Notes: generated by a model from the sequence alone, not told the origin. A stretch of 38,033 nucleotides of DNA from an uncultured Candidatus Saccharibacteria bacterium (GCA_964406425.1 CAYORQ010000001.1:1-38033); one strand, 5' to 3'. Positions 8,319 through 18,180 are shown, numbered from the stretch's first letter. Program-made: numbers and translations.

Positions 8319-8756
8319 TTAGTTGGTCTCCAGCTTAATTATTTCTGGCTTTTGAGCATCGTGCTTGTGCTCGCTAGTGGCATAAACCTTGAGGTGTTTG
8401 AGCATTTCGTCTTGGAGCTTATTCTTTGGTAGCATACCCGCTACAGCGTGCTCAATAACACGGTTGGGGTGTTTTTGTAGCATATCTTTGAGGCTTGTTT
8501 CTTTGATTCCACCGGGGTATCCGCTGTGTCGGTAATAAAACTTTGCTTCGAGCTTATTGCCGGTAACTTTGATTTTTGCGCAGTTAGTGACAATTACAAT
8601 ATCGCCCGAAACGATGTTTGGGGTATAGCTTGGTTTGTGTTTGCCCATTAGTAACACAGCAATCTTGGTGCTCAAGCGGCCTAGGGTTAGGCCTGTCGCA
8701 TCGATAATATACCATTGCTGGCTGACTTCTGATTTTTTAGCTGAATAGGTCTTCAT
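8319..8756 (-). CDS. rplM: 50S ribosomal protein L13
   Basis: WYIIDATGLTLGRLSTKIAVLLMGKHKPSYTP is the L13 signature. The start overlaps the rplQ stop (TAATG). Confidence 0.97.
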   Translation of the reverse strand: MKTYSAKKSEVSQQWYIIDATGLTLGRLSTKIAVLLMGKHKPSYTPNIVSGDIVIVTNCAKIKVTGNKLEAKFYYRHSGYPGGIKETSLKDMLQKHPNRVIEHAVAGMLPKNKLQDEMLKHLKVYATSEHKHDAQKPEIIKLETN

Positions 8757-9262
8757 TATTTTGCTCCTTTTGAGGCAGTGACAGCGGCAGTTTTAGTCTT
8801 AGCTGTTTTAACCTTAGTAGCTGGCTTAGCTGATGTTTTCTTGGTGGTTTTTTTGGCTACTGTTTTTTTAGCTTCTGCTTGCTTAGAACCAGGTTTGTAA
8901 TCGGCATCTAGGATCAATTCGATGACTGCCATTTCGGCTCCATCGCCCAGTCGTTTGCCTGTTTTTACAACCCTTGTGTAGCCACTGTTTCGGGTCTGAA
9001 AGCCGTGTACTAGGTCAGTATTTAATTTTTCAGCTGCGATTGGGTTGATGGTGAAGCTGAGCACCTGACGATAATTGTGTAAGTCTTGCTTTTTTGCTTT
9101 GGTAACAAGCTTGTCGAATGTTCGGGCTAGCTCTTTGGCTTTGATTTCGGTAGTTTCGATTCGTTCATAAAGGATTAGTGAGTCGACCAAGCCACGCATT
9201 AGCGCCCGGCGTGGGGCGGCGGCTCTTGAGAACTTTTTTCCGATGTTACTGTGTCTATGCAT
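8756..9262 (-). CDS. rplQ: 50S ribosomal protein L17 with Lys/Ala/Thr-rich C-terminal tail
   Basis: RRALMRGLVDSLILYERIETTEIKAKEL matches L17. The last 45 or so residues are low complexity (KKTVAKKTTKKTSAKPATKVKTAKTKTAA). Confidence 0.95.
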   Translation of the reverse strand: MHRHSNIGKKFSRAAAPRRALMRGLVDSLILYERIETTEIKAKELARTFDKLVTKAKKQDLHNYRQVLSFTINPIAAEKLNTDLVHGFQTRNSGYTRVVKTGKRLGDGAEMAVIELILDADYKPGSKQAEAKKTVAKKTTKKTSAKPATKVKTAKTKTAAVTASKGAK

Positions 9263-9296
9263 GGTATGGTCTTTCTAAATTATCCTGATTGCCTTT

Positions 9297-10238
9297 TTAG
9301 GCAATCGGCTCCTGGCTAACGCCAAGTTCGACAAGCTTATCTATTACTTCTTCTTGGGCTTTGGCTCCGAAGCCCTTGAGCTCCTTAAGATCGGCTGGAC
9401 TGAGGTCCATCAAATCTTTGATGGTCTTGATGTCATTGTTCATTAGGGCGTTGGCTGTTCTGGGGCTAAAATTAACCTCATCAACTCCGATTTGGGCCAT
9501 ATCTGCTTCGGCTCGCTCAGAGGCTGTCATGATTCCGCCGCTACCAACTGAGACAACATCATGCCCGGCAAGCACCTGGAAGTGCCCAACTAGGACCTCG
9601 GCGGCCTGCATAACGGCTTCTCGTGGAGTAATTGTGCCGTCGGTCTCAACTTCTAGGACAAGTTTGTCGAGGTTGGTCATTTGCCCAACGCGAGTGTTCT
9701 GGACATTGTATCGAACCCTTCTAATTGGGGTGTAGATAGCGTCGATTGCAATCATACCAATCGGGAGTTTTTCACCACTTTGGCTCTCTACTGGTACGTA
9801 GCCCCGGCCTTGTTCGACAATTATTTCCATTTCGAATTTTGACTTTGCGTTATCTAGGTTTGCAATAACGAGCTTTGGATTGACCACTTCGACGCCATTG
9901 ACGCTGGCGATATCACCAGCAGTGACTACTCCACCAACCTTTTTAAGGGTTAGCGTGGTCGGCTCTTCGTTAGGGTTTCTAAAGCGGACTTGCTTGAGGT
10001 TAAGGATGATTTCTATGATGTCCTCACGCACACCTGAAATGGTTGAGAATTCGTGGCTTACACCTTCGATTTTTACAGCAGTAATTGCGCTTCCGGCTAA
10101 GCTAGATAGCAATACGCGTCGAATTGAATTTCCTAAGGTCATTCCATAGCCGGGATACAACGGCTCGACCGTAAATTGAGCTGAGTTGTCGGTTGTTTTT
10201 TCTTCTTTTAATTCTGGCAAATTGATATCGTATAACAT
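9297..10238 (-). CDS. rpoA: DNA-directed RNA polymerase alpha subunit
   Basis: 313 aa. N-terminal domain GYGMTLGNSIRRVLLSSL, and a C-terminal domain with helix-hairpin-helix (SPRTANALMNNDIKTIKDL). Sits in the conserved rpsD-rpoA-rplQ position. Confidence 0.97.
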   Translation of the reverse strand: MLYDINLPELKEEKTTDNSAQFTVEPLYPGYGMTLGNSIRRVLLSSLAGSAITAVKIEGVSHEFSTISGVREDIIEIILNLKQVRFRNPNEEPTTLTLKKVGGVVTAGDIASVNGVEVVNPKLVIANLDNAKSKFEMEIIVEQGRGYVPVESQSGEKLPIGMIAIDAIYTPIRRVRYNVQNTRVGQMTNLDKLVLEVETDGTITPREAVMQAAEVLVGHFQVLAGHDVVSVGSGGIMTASERAEADMAQIGVDEVNFSPRTANALMNNDIKTIKDLMDLSPADLKELKGFGAKAQEEVIDKLVELGVSQEPIA

Positions 10239-10254
10239 TGGATCTCCTTATTAT

Positions 10255-10869
10255 TTAACGTGAGTAATACTCAATAATTAATTGCTCTTCGATCTCTTGG
10301 TCTTGTTCCTCGCGCAGTGGCAACCCCGTTACTTTGGCGCTGAACTTCTTTTGGTCGAAGCTTAGCCAGCTAGGCAAAGTTTGGTTAGGGTCAATACTGT
10401 CTTTGAGGGCAACAAAATAAGTGGATTTTAGGCTGGTTTCGCGTATCGTGATTTCATCTTCTGGTGAAACGATGATTGATGGGATGTCGACTCTTTTACC
10501 ATTTAGCATAACGTGGCCATGGGTTACAACCTGTCGTGCGGCAGGACGGGATGGTGCAATTGCTAACCGATAGATGACATTGTCTAGGCGGCGCTCAAGC
10601 AACTGAAGTAAGTTTTCGCCAGCTACACCTTGCATCTTTTCGGCTTTTTCAACATATTTTCTGAATTGCTTCTCTAAAATTCCGTAGTAGCGCTTGGTTT
10701 TTTGTTTTTCTCTTAGCTGTAGGGCGTAATCGCTAGGCTTTGGCCGACGCGATTGGCCGTGCTGGCCTGGAGCATAATTACGGCGAGTTAGGGCTTTGAC
10801 GGCCTTGGGGTGAGTGTGGGCGCCCTCTCGGCGAGCTATCTTAGCAGCTGGGGTTAGGTTTCGTGCCAT
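10255..10869 (-). CDS. rpsD: 30S ribosomal protein S4
   Basis: YALQLREKQKTKRYYGILEKQFRKY, and an S4 RNA-binding domain (RLDNVIYRLAIAPSRPAARQVVTHGHV). Confidence 0.97.
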   Translation of the reverse strand: MARNLTPAAKIARREGAHTHPKAVKALTRRNYAPGQHGQSRRPKPSDYALQLREKQKTKRYYGILEKQFRKYVEKAEKMQGVAGENLLQLLERRLDNVIYRLAIAPSRPAARQVVTHGHVMLNGKRVDIPSIIVSPEDEITIRETSLKSTYFVALKDSIDPNQTLPSWLSFDQKKFSAKVTGLPLREEQDQEIEEQLIIEYYSR

Positions 10870-10871
10870 AG

Positions 10872-11264
10872 CTAGACTCTCCTGGCCTTTCGGGCTCGGC
10901 AGCCATTGTGTGGGATGCCAGTCTCGTCTTTGATGGAGTTAACGCTAATACCAGAACCTTGCAGGGCTCGAATGGCGCTCTCTCGACCTCCGCCGATGCC
11001 CTTAATGATTACATCGACGCTACTCATCGAGAAGTCTTTGCAAACGCCAACGGCTTTTTCGGCGGCCATCTGGGCTGCATAAGGAGTGCTTTTGCGTGAA
11101 CCCTTAAAGCCAGCTGATCCAGAAGATGCCCAGCTAAGCACTGCACCTTTTTCGTCTGTAATGGTAATAATGGTGTTATTAAAACTAGAGTGAATGTGCA
11201 CTATACCTTTGGGTATATTGCGCTTTAGTTTCTTTTTTCTGGTTTTGACTGCTGGTTTGCTCAT
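10872..11264 (-). CDS. rpsK: 30S ribosomal protein S11
   Basis: [18 protein letters not shown]...[14 protein letters not shown]...[14 protein letters not shown]. Confidence 0.97.
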   Translation of the reverse strand: MSKPAVKTRKKKLKRNIPKGIVHIHSSFNNTIITITDEKGAVLSWASSGSAGFKGSRKSTPYAAQMAAEKAVGVCKDFSMSSVDVIIKGIGGGRESAIRALQGSGISVNSIKDETGIPHNGCRARKARRV

Positions 11265-11278
11265 ATTGTTGCCTTTAG

Positions 11279-11665
11279 TTAAGTTTTAGCTGCTGACTTT
11301 TTGCGACCGCTTCCGACTGTTACCTTGCGGCCACGTTTGGTTCGGGCGTTAGTCTTGGTTCGTTGGCCTCTTGATGGCAAACCGGCGCTATGACGCAAAC
11401 CTCGGTAGGCCTTGATTTCTTTTAGGCGCTTGACGTTACCACTAACAATACGCGACAAATCGGCTTCGACAGTTAGATTTTTGTCGATGTATTCTCGGAT
11501 TTTTGTTAAATCAGATTCAGATACATCTTTAACTCGCTGATTGGGGTCGATGCTAAGATTTTTAAGGATTTTTTGGCTAGTTTTGAGACCAACTCCGTAA
11601 ACGTAGGTCAAAGAAACTTCTAGGCGTTTCTCTGTTGGGATGTTGGTTCCGGCAATACGAGCCAT
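11279..11665 (-). CDS. rpsM: 30S ribosomal protein S13
   Basis: [26 protein letters not shown]...[23 protein letters not shown]. Confidence 0.97.
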   Translation of the reverse strand: MARIAGTNIPTEKRLEVSLTYVYGVGLKTSQKILKNLSIDPNQRVKDVSESDLTKIREYIDKNLTVEADLSRIVSGNVKRLKEIKAYRGLRHSAGLPSRGQRTKTNARTKRGRKVTVGSGRKKSAAKT

Positions 11666-11778
11666 TAGCCCTGCCTCTGCTTGTGTTTAGGGTTATCGCA
11701 AATAACTCGTACAACTCGTTTGCGTACGACGATTTTACATTTTGAACAGATTTTTTTGACTCCAGCGCGAACTTTCAA
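11665..11778 (-). CDS. rpmJ: 50S ribosomal protein L36 (TTG start)
   Basis: Hand-translated; not in the ORF track. [42 protein letters not shown], with the CxxC...C...H zinc-ribbon pattern. GGAG lies upstream at 11785-11788 (RC). Its stop overlaps the rpsM ATG (TAATG). Confidence 0.9.
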   Translation of the reverse strand: MKVRAGVKKICSKCKIVVRKRVVRVICDNPKHKQRQG

Positions 11779-11787
11779 AATATTCTC

Positions 11788-12009
11788 CTACTTATGTCGA
11801 AAAGTGATTCGACCCTTTGACAAGTCATAAGGCGTCATCTCGATCGTTACCTTGTCTCCTGGCAGTATCTTAATATAATGCATGCGCATTTTACCAGAAA
11901 TGTGTGCCAAAATTACATGCCCATTTTCAAGTTCTACCTTGAAGTGTGCATTAGGCAGCGCTTCAATAACGCTACCCTCGACTTCGATTACTTCCTTTGT
12001 ATTTGCCAT
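11788..12009 (-). CDS. infA: Translation initiation factor IF-1
   Basis: 73 aa. [48 protein letters not shown] (S1-like fold). Confidence 0.97.
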   Translation of the reverse strand: MANTKEVIEVEGSVIEALPNAHFKVELENGHVILAHISGKMRMHYIKILPGDKVTIEMTPYDLSKGRITFRHK

Positions 12010-12030
12010 AGATTAAAGTTACAAGATGTA

Positions 12031-12059
12031 ATTATAGACGAGATTGGCTCATCTGTAAA
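12031..12059 (-). promoter_or_regulatory. Near-consensus sigma70 promoter for infA and downstream genes
   Basis: Minus strand: TTTACA (12059..12054), 17-nt spacer, TATAAT (12036..12031), about 20 nt upstream of the infA ATG. Confidence 0.6.
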
Positions 12060-12086
12060 GGCTTTTCTGGCCCAAAATGGTAGTTA

Positions 12087-13403
12087 TTAGTATTTTTCAT
12101 AAGTCGCCATTAGTACCATCGATTTAAGTTGTTTGACGGTTTCGATGATTACAGCCACGATAATGAGTAGGCTCGTTCCACCAATTGTAATAGCCTGCGA
12201 GGTCTTAAAGACGGTTTCCATCACGAATGGCAGGAGGGCTACGAGACCAAGCCCTAGGGAGCCTGTAAAGGTAATTCGAGTAATAATAGTTTTGAGATAC
12301 CTGGAGGTCTCTTCGCCCGGCCTGACGCCTGGTATGAAGCCTCCTTGTTTTTGGAGGTTTTCAGCTATTTCGTCGGGTTTGAAGATAATCGCTGTATAAA
12401 AGTAAGTAAATGCGACTACCAGTACAAAGTAAGTGATGGCGTAAATCCAGCTTGTAGGAGAAAAGATAGTGGTTAGCTGTTGGGCAAAATTAGCCACCCA
12501 GGCAGTGCTGGCGTTAGTAAATAACTGCCCAAGAAATGTAGGGATCGACAAAAATGCCAGCGCAAATATAATTGGTATAACTCCGGCTGTAATGACCCTC
12601 AGAGGCAAATGGGTATCGACACCACCGTAGGACTTAGTATTGGTCATTCTGCGAGCATATGAGACTGGTATGTTGCGCTGGCCTTCGTTGAGATAAACGA
12701 TAAATACTATCGACGCAATAGCTGCGGCCAATATAAAAATAATGCTTGCTATCTTGGTGGGGTCGGACTGTACTAGGGCGAACTGTGATGCCATGGTAGC
12801 AGGCAGGCTAGCTACAATTCCAAACAAAATTATCATCGAGATGCCATTGCCGATACCCTTTTCGGTAATCAACTCACCCATCCACATCAAGAGCATTGAG
12901 CCGGCAGTAATAGTAGATATCATCATGACCCATTGAAATACTGTTGGGTTCCCGATAAGGTCTATTCCGACAGATTGGGTGGACAGATTTCTGACCAATA
13001 TAACCATTGCAAAGGATTGAATAATTGCCAGCGGCAAGGTTAGTAGCCTAGTGTAATAGTTGATTTTATTTCTACCCGCTTCACCCTCTTTTGAAAGTGC
13101 ACCGAGCTTAGGGACGACCTGAGTTAAAAGTTGAATAATAATTGAAGCGTTAATATACGGCCCAAGACCCATTAGTAGTACGGAGAATCTAGAGAGTGCT
13201 CCGCCAGAAAACAAATTGACAAAGCCAAGAACCGAATTAGACTCAAAGAGCTTCGTTAAGAATGTCTGGAGTTTTGCACCGTCGGCGACTGGTACTGGAA
13301 TCTGCGAGAGTAAACTATAGGCGACCATAACAGCAAGTACCACCAGCAAACGCTTACGCAGAGTGGTGTTTTTGTATAATTGACGCCAGGTCTCTTTGTT
13401 CAT
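12087..13403 (-). CDS. secY: Preprotein translocase subunit SecY
   Basis: 438 aa, 10-TM pattern. Motifs GGALSRFSVLLMGLGPYINASIIIQLL and GGFIPGVRPGEETSRYL. Confidence 0.97.
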   Translation of the reverse strand: MNKETWRQLYKNTTLRKRLLVVLAVMVAYSLLSQIPVPVADGAKLQTFLTKLFESNSVLGFVNLFSGGALSRFSVLLMGLGPYINASIIIQLLTQVVPKLGALSKEGEAGRNKINYYTRLLTLPLAIIQSFAMVILVRNLSTQSVGIDLIGNPTVFQWVMMISTITAGSMLLMWMGELITEKGIGNGISMIILFGIVASLPATMASQFALVQSDPTKIASIIFILAAAIASIVFIVYLNEGQRNIPVSYARRMTNTKSYGGVDTHLPLRVITAGVIPIIFALAFLSIPTFLGQLFTNASTAWVANFAQQLTTIFSPTSWIYAITYFVLVVAFTYFYTAIIFKPDEIAENLQKQGGFIPGVRPGEETSRYLKTIITRITFTGSLGLGLVALLPFVMETVFKTSQAITIGGTSLLIIVAVIIETVKQLKSMVLMATYEKY

Positions 13404-13420
13404 TTACCTCCGATTACTAC

Positions 13421-13930
13421 TTACTTGGTCTTCTTGGTGTCGGTTGCTTTGATGGCCTTTTTGGTAGGCTCTTTTGTAGGCTCTTTTTCAGTTCTAGTCT
13501 TGATTATTACCTTACCGCCAGCTTTTTGAATTGCTTCAACAGCAGACTTCGAGGCCTTATCAACAGTAATGGTTACTGCAAGAACAATTGTACCATCTCC
13601 GAGCAGTTTCAAGGGCTGATTGGCCTTACGGATTAGGCCGGCTTGAGCTAGCACAAAAGCATCGACGGTCTTTTTGCCGAGTGTCTGAATATCATCGAGA
13701 TTGATTACTTGGTACTCTTTTCTGGTGTAAGACCGAAAGCCTCGGGCCTTTGGTAGGCGCTGGGCAAGTTTGGTTTGTCCACCCTCAAAGCCGGGCTTAA
13801 ACTTGCTTCCGGTTCGGGAGTTCTGACCTTTTGTACCACGACCAGCAGTTTTACCCTGGCCGGCACTGATACCACGACCCAAGCGTCTATCGGATTTGGT
13901 TTTGGTAGTTTTTAATTCGTGAACTTTCAT
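13421..13930 (-). CDS. rplO: 50S ribosomal protein L15 with Lys/Thr/Glu-rich C-terminal tail
   Basis: RLGRGISAGQGKTAGRGTKGQNSR...GFEGGQTKLAQRLPK. Tail KTRTEKEPTKEPTKKAIKATDTKKTK. Confidence 0.96.
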   Translation of the reverse strand: MKVHELKTTKTKSDRRLGRGISAGQGKTAGRGTKGQNSRTGSKFKPGFEGGQTKLAQRLPKARGFRSYTRKEYQVINLDDIQTLGKKTVDAFVLAQAGLIRKANQPLKLLGDGTIVLAVTITVDKASKSAVEAIQKAGGKVIIKTRTEKEPTKEPTKKAIKATDTKKTK

Positions 13931-14427
13931 TATTTTGACTCCTTAGTAACTTTTGGTAGGCCCTTGAGTTGGCCGAGCGCCTCGATTGTGGCATACGAGT
14001 TATTGATTTTATTAGTTGAGCCGAGCGACTTGGTTAGGACATCTTTGACACCAGCAGCTTCGAGGACAGCGCGTACAGCACCACCGGCGATTACGCCGGT
14101 TCCTGGACGGGCGGGCTTCATAAATACGACTGCCCCCCCTGAGGAAACTTGCACCTCGTGAGGTATGGTGGTGCCTTTAAGCTCAAATTGAACCATCGCT
14201 TTTTTACCTCGAGCAATTGCTTTTTGGATTGAAGCTGGGGCATCCTTGCCCTTGCCGACTCCAATTCCAACCTTACCCTTGCCATCGCCGACCACTGCTG
14301 TGGCCCTGAATCTAAAACGACGGCCACCTTTAACTACACGAGTAACACGATCGAGAGCAATAATTCGCTCATCAAATTCGGGTGTTTCTCGGGTATTGGT
14401 TCTGCCAAATTGACTATTATTATTCAT
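13930..14427 (-). CDS. rpsE: 30S ribosomal protein S5
   Basis: RVTRVVKGGRRFRFRATAVVGDGKGKVGIGVGKGKD. Its stop overlaps the rplO ATG (TAATG at 13928-13932). Confidence 0.97.
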   Translation of the reverse strand: MNNNSQFGRTNTRETPEFDERIIALDRVTRVVKGGRRFRFRATAVVGDGKGKVGIGVGKGKDAPASIQKAIARGKKAMVQFELKGTTIPHEVQVSSGGAVVFMKPARPGTGVIAGGAVRAVLEAAGVKDVLTKSLGSTNKINNSYATIEALGQLKGLPKVTKESK

Positions 14428-14763
14428 CTAAAACTCCAATCCTGCCGCACGGGCTGACTCTGCAAAAGCCTTAACTCTGCCATGATAAATTTTACCACCT
14501 CTGTCAAAAACTACATTCTTAACTTTAGCTTTTTTGGCCTGTTCGGCTATTTGAGCACCCAGCCATTCGGCTTTTTGGGTCAACGATTTGCCCTTAAGAT
14601 CTTTGTTGGATAGGGTAGTTGCCGAGGCGATTGTTTTGGCGCTGGTGTCATCTATTAGCTGAGCTCTGAGGTTCGTTAAAGATACTGCCAAGCAAAGTCT
14701 TGGGCGAGCTGAAGTGCCAGATACCTTAGCGCGAATTCTACGAACTGATTTGATATTTCTCAT
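14428..14763 (-). CDS. rplR: 50S ribosomal protein L18
   Basis: RPRLCLAVSLTNLRAQLIDD...VVFDRGGKIYHGRVKAFAESARAAGLEF. Confidence 0.96.
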   Translation of the reverse strand: MRNIKSVRRIRAKVSGTSARPRLCLAVSLTNLRAQLIDDTSAKTIASATTLSNKDLKGKSLTQKAEWLGAQIAEQAKKAKVKNVVFDRGGKIYHGRVKAFAESARAAGLEF

Positions 14764-15308
14764 TCTGTTCCTCCCTTAGCGGCTGTCTTACCTGCCTTGC
14801 GGCGGATATGCTCACCGACATACTTGATGCCTTTGCCCTTATAAGGCTCTGGTTTTTTAAACATTCTGATATTAGCGGCGGTTTCACCAACCTGTTGCTT
14901 GTCGTAGCCCGTAACGGTAATGATGTTTTGGTTGACACTGACTACGACGCCTTCTGGGGCTGTGTAGATGATGGGGTGCGAAAAACCGAGGGTCATTTCG
15001 AGCACACTACCCTTCATTTGGGCTCTGAAGCCAACGCCGTTAATTTCGAGTTCTTTTGAGAAGCCTTCAGAAACTCCGATAATCATATTGGCAATTAAGG
15101 TTCTTTGTAGGCCAAACTGTTTTTGAGTGTCTGGGTTGATTACTTTTTGGGCGACCGTAATGAGATTATCATTTTGGGTCACTTCGAAGCCCTTCAGGAC
15201 CTTGTTGCGAAGCTCGCCCTTGGGACCTTTGACAGTTACTAGATTGCCTTCAATAGATACTTCAACGCCTTCAGATACTGGTATTGGTTGTCTGCCGATT
15301 CTACTCAT
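14760..15308 (-). CDS. rplF: 50S ribosomal protein L6
   Basis: MSRIGRQPIPVSEGVEVSIEGNLVTVKGPKGEL...YKGKGIKYVGEHIRRKAGK. Confidence 0.97.
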   Translation of the reverse strand: MSRIGRQPIPVSEGVEVSIEGNLVTVKGPKGELRNKVLKGFEVTQNDNLITVAQKVINPDTQKQFGLQRTLIANMIIGVSEGFSKELEINGVGFRAQMKGSVLEMTLGFSHPIIYTAPEGVVVSVNQNIITVTGYDKQQVGETAANIRMFKKPEPYKGKGIKYVGEHIRRKAGKTAAKGGTE

Positions 15309-15309
15309 C

Positions 15310-15696
15310 TTAGTACACCTTACAAATTAGCTCGCCGCCAATTCCTTTTTTTCGGGCTTCTTTGCCGGTCATGATTCCGACCGGAGTAGAAACTATTACT
15401 ATGCCTCGGCCGGTTCGGACGGTTGGGATTTCGTCAGCCTTAGCATAAATTCGGCGGCCTGGCTTACTAACTCTAACCAGGCTTTCTGGCTGTGATTCGC
15501 CGTCTAGGAGCATGCTCAGTTGCTTGAAGCCTCCGAGCTCAACTACCGAGACTTTGCCCAAATAGCCGTTGGAGTGGAGGATTTCGGCGATAGCTGCTTT
15601 AAGCTTCGAATGTGGCATGATAACCTCAACCTTACCGGACATAATTCCGTTTCGTATTCTTGTTAGCATATCTGCGATGGGGTCTGTTGTAATCAT
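15310..15696 (-). CDS. rpsH: 30S ribosomal protein S8
   Basis: DPIADMLTRIRNG...GRGIVIVSTPVGIMTGKEARKKGIGGELICKVY. Confidence 0.97.
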   Translation of the reverse strand: MITTDPIADMLTRIRNGIMSGKVEVIMPHSKLKAAIAEILHSNGYLGKVSVVELGGFKQLSMLLDGESQPESLVRVSKPGRRIYAKADEIPTVRTGRGIVIVSTPVGIMTGKEARKKGIGGELICKVY

Positions 15697-15708
15697 AGTG
15701 TCTTTCTC

Positions 15709-15978
15709 CTACCAGCTCGACTTAGTTACGCCAGGAATCTGCCCCTTGGAGGCATATTCGCGGAAGGTTAATCTGCTCAAACCGAACTTACCAATGTAGC
15801 CTCTTGGGCGACCGGTAATCACGCAGCGGTTTCGCTGACGATTAGGGTTAGAGTTACGAGGCAATTTTGCCAAGCCCTCTAGGTCGCCATCCGCTCGAAG
15901 CTGAGCGCGCTTGGTGGCAAATTTAGCTGCTAATTTTTGTCTTTTTAACTCTCGTTGAATCAATGCTTTTCGGGCCAT
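15709..15978 (-). CDS. rpsN: 30S ribosomal protein S14 (long form, no zinc-binding motif)
   Basis: 89 aa. [40 protein letters not shown]; no CxxC pairs. Confidence 0.96.
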   Translation of the reverse strand: MARKALIQRELKRQKLAAKFATKRAQLRADGDLEGLAKLPRNSNPNRQRNRCVITGRPRGYIGKFGLSRLTFREYASKGQIPGVTKSSW

Positions 15979-16526
15979 TACTTCGCTCCTTTCTCGAACG
16001 GCATACCAAGCTTTTCAAGAAGCATCCTGCTAGCTTTGGCGTCGTTGCCGCTTATTACTATTGTTATTTGAAGCCCATGGATTACCATTGCATCCTCGTA
16101 GGCTACTTCTGGGAAGACGGTCTGGTCTTTGATGCCGATACTGTAATTACCACTCTTATCGAAAGCCTTGGCACTAACACCATGAAAATCTCGGGTTCGG
16201 GGCAGTACAACTGCAATCAGACGGTCCAAGAAGCTGTACATTCTCTCGCCGCGCAAAGTAACTTTGGTGCCGATCGGCATTCCTTCGCGCAATTTGAATG
16301 TCGCGATACTGTGTTGGGCTTTGGTAATGATTGGTTTTTGGCCAGATATCTTGGCAAGAGTAGCCACGACCATATCGAGCTGCTTGGTATCAGCCACGGC
16401 TTTACCGACGCCGCTATTGATGACTATTTTTTCGATTTTCGGGATTTGGTGAGTATTAGAAATAGCCAAGTCGCTGGTTAGCTCCTTGCGGACTGTGTCG
16501 GTGTATTTTTTGATTAATCTATTCAT
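15978..16526 (-). CDS. rplE: 50S ribosomal protein L5
   Basis: [17 protein letters not shown]...[27 protein letters not shown]...RDFHG. Confidence 0.97.
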   Translation of the reverse strand: MNRLIKKYTDTVRKELTSDLAISNTHQIPKIEKIVINSGVGKAVADTKQLDMVVATLAKISGQKPIITKAQHSIATFKLREGMPIGTKVTLRGERMYSFLDRLIAVVLPRTRDFHGVSAKAFDKSGNYSIGIKDQTVFPEVAYEDAMVIHGLQITIVISGNDAKASRMLLEKLGMPFEKGAK

Positions 16527-16528
16527 GG

Positions 16529-16909
16529 CTATTTTTTCTCACTCTTACTGCTGGCAGTAGTTTTAATTTTTTTATCAGTTGCGGCTGTTTTTTTAACTTT
16601 AGGATTTGTAAACTTCGAAATCTTGAAGATTCGCTCTTTTTTACCTTTGGCTCCAAGTTTGTAGCCAATTCTGGCGGGCTTGCCGGTAACTGGGTCAATA
16701 ACCATTACCTTGGAAGCCGAAATTGGCTTGGTGATTTCTACGATTCCGCCTTTTGGCTGACTTTGGCTTGGTTTGGTGTGCCGCTTGGCGATATTAACGC
16801 CTTCTACAATAAGCTGGGATTTGGCTGGCATAACTGCCAGTACTTCACCAGTCTTGCCTTTATCGCGTCCTGCGATAACTATTACTTTATCTTTTTTGAT
16901 GATCTTCAT
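16529..16909 (-). CDS. rplX: 50S ribosomal protein L24 with Lys-rich C-terminal tail
   Basis: KKDKVIVIAGRDKGKTGEVLAV (KOW motif). Tail KFTNPKVKKTAATDKKIKTTASSKSEKK. Confidence 0.96.
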   Translation of the reverse strand: MKIIKKDKVIVIAGRDKGKTGEVLAVMPAKSQLIVEGVNIAKRHTKPSQSQPKGGIVEITKPISASKVMVIDPVTGKPARIGYKLGAKGKKERIFKISKFTNPKVKKTAATDKKIKTTASSKSEKK

Positions 16910-16911
16910 GG

Positions 16912-17280
16912 CTAAAGTACCTCCGGGGCTAATGATACGATTTTCATAAAGCCCTTTTCGCGAAGTTCTCTGGTGACTGGTCCAAAAATACGAGTTCCGC
17001 GGGGCTGGTTATTGGCGTCGATTATAACTGCGGCGTTTTCATCGAATCTGACATTGCTACCATCTTTGCGGGTAACTTCTCGTTTGCTACGAACCACTAC
17101 GGCTCGGACGATTTCTTTCTTCTTGACTGTACCATTAGGAGTAGCAACCTTAACACTAGCTACAAAAATATCTCCAATACGTGCGTAGCGTCTTTTACTG
17201 CCACCTAAAACCTTAATACACATGATTTCTTTTGCTCCGGTGTTATCGGCCACTCTTAATCTGGTTTGGGTTTGAATCAT
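16912..17280 (-). CDS. rplN: 50S ribosomal protein L14
   Basis: [28 protein letters not shown]...[10 protein letters not shown]. Confidence 0.98.
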   Translation of the reverse strand: MIQTQTRLRVADNTGAKEIMCIKVLGGSKRRYARIGDIFVASVKVATPNGTVKKKEIVRAVVVRSKREVTRKDGSNVRFDENAAVIIDANNQPRGTRIFGPVTRELREKGFMKIVSLAPEVL

Positions 17281-17540
17281 TCGGCTATCTCCGTTCTGAT
17301 GACACCCTTTTCTAATATCTGAGAAAGCTCAAAATGCTTGTTTTTGCTGATTGGTCGGGTCTCGGAAATTTCAACCATGTCGCCAAGCTTAGCCTTGCTG
17401 TCTTCGTCGTGCGCTTGGAACCTAGTGGTTACGAGGTAAGATTTTTTGTATATCGGGTGAGACTTGCGGCGCTCTACAGCGACGACAATAGTTTTGTTCA
17501 TTTTGGTTGACACGACTTTACCTTGTAAGATTCGACTCAT
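17277..17540 (-). CDS. rpsQ: 30S ribosomal protein S17
   Basis: [42 protein letters not shown]. Confidence 0.96.
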   Translation of the reverse strand: MSRILQGKVVSTKMNKTIVVAVERRKSHPIYKKSYLVTTRFQAHDEDSKAKLGDMVEISETRPISKNKHFELSQILEKGVIRTEIAE

Positions 17541-17746
17541 GATTGTTCTCCTTGTGATGCCTTGTTGTTTTGCGACATGATTGTTAGTATTCGGGCTACG
17601 GTGCGCTTTTGAGCTCTGATTTCACGAACATTTTTTACTTCCTTGGTTCGATAATCAACACTCAATTGGGCTAGTTTTGCCCTAGTGTCTGCAAGGTCTT
17701 TTTGCAGTTCGGTATTGGATTTGTTTTGTAATTCTTTAACTTTCAT
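17537..17746 (-). CDS. rpmC: 50S ribosomal protein L29
   Basis: [25 protein letters not shown] is a typical L29 N-terminus. The start is moved to the second ATG (17746) because the first ATG (17761) is part of the CAGGAGA SD. Overlaps the rplP 3' end by 11 nt. Confidence 0.9.
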   Translation of the reverse strand: MKVKELQNKSNTELQKDLADTRAKLAQLSVDYRTKEVKNVREIRAQKRTVARILTIMSQNNKASQGEQS

Positions 17747-18167
17747 CAGATTCTCCTGCATGGGCTTTAGCCATGAATTTAGTCTTAATCGGTAGCTTAT
17801 AGGCGGCTAGTCGCATCGCCTCTTTAGCTATATCCTCAGTCACGCCATCCATTTCAAAGAGGATTGTGCCGGCTTGGACTTTAGCAACATAATGGTCCAG
17901 TGCACCCTTACCAGATCCCATGCGGACTTCAGCTGGCTTTTTAGTGATGGGAGTATGTGGGAATATTCGGATCCAGATCTTACCACCACGCTTTACATAT
18001 CTGGTCATTGCTCGACGAGCCGACTCTATTTGGCGAGAAGTAATGCGCTCGTTTTCTAGAGCCTTTAGACCATAGCTACCAAAGCTAATTTCGGTACCAC
18101 GGGTAGCAACACCGTTGTTGCGGCCTTTTTGAGCTTTTCGATATTTGGTTTTGCGTGGCATTAACAT
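17736..18167 (-). CDS. rplP: 50S ribosomal protein L16
   Basis: [16 protein letters not shown] is the canonical L16 start. AAGGAG lies 8 nt upstream (RC of 18176-18181). The track start at 18212 would overlap rpsC and is rejected. Confidence 0.95.
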   Translation of the reverse strand: MLMPRKTKYRKAQKGRNNGVATRGTEISFGSYGLKALENERITSRQIESARRAMTRYVKRGGKIWIRIFPHTPITKKPAEVRMGSGKGALDHYVAKVQAGTILFEMDGVTEDIAKEAMRLAAYKLPIKTKFMAKAHAGESDES

Positions 18168-18180
18168 TCTATAATCTCCT

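Noticed and set aside
15963-16481. 172-aa plus-strand ORF antisense to rplE/rpsN
   Set aside because: It overlaps two canonical r-protein genes on the other strand, has no recognisable domain and no RBS. This is a mirror-frame artefact. The same reasoning applies to the other plus-strand ORFs inside rpoA, secY, rpsC, rplD, fusA, rpoC and rpoB.
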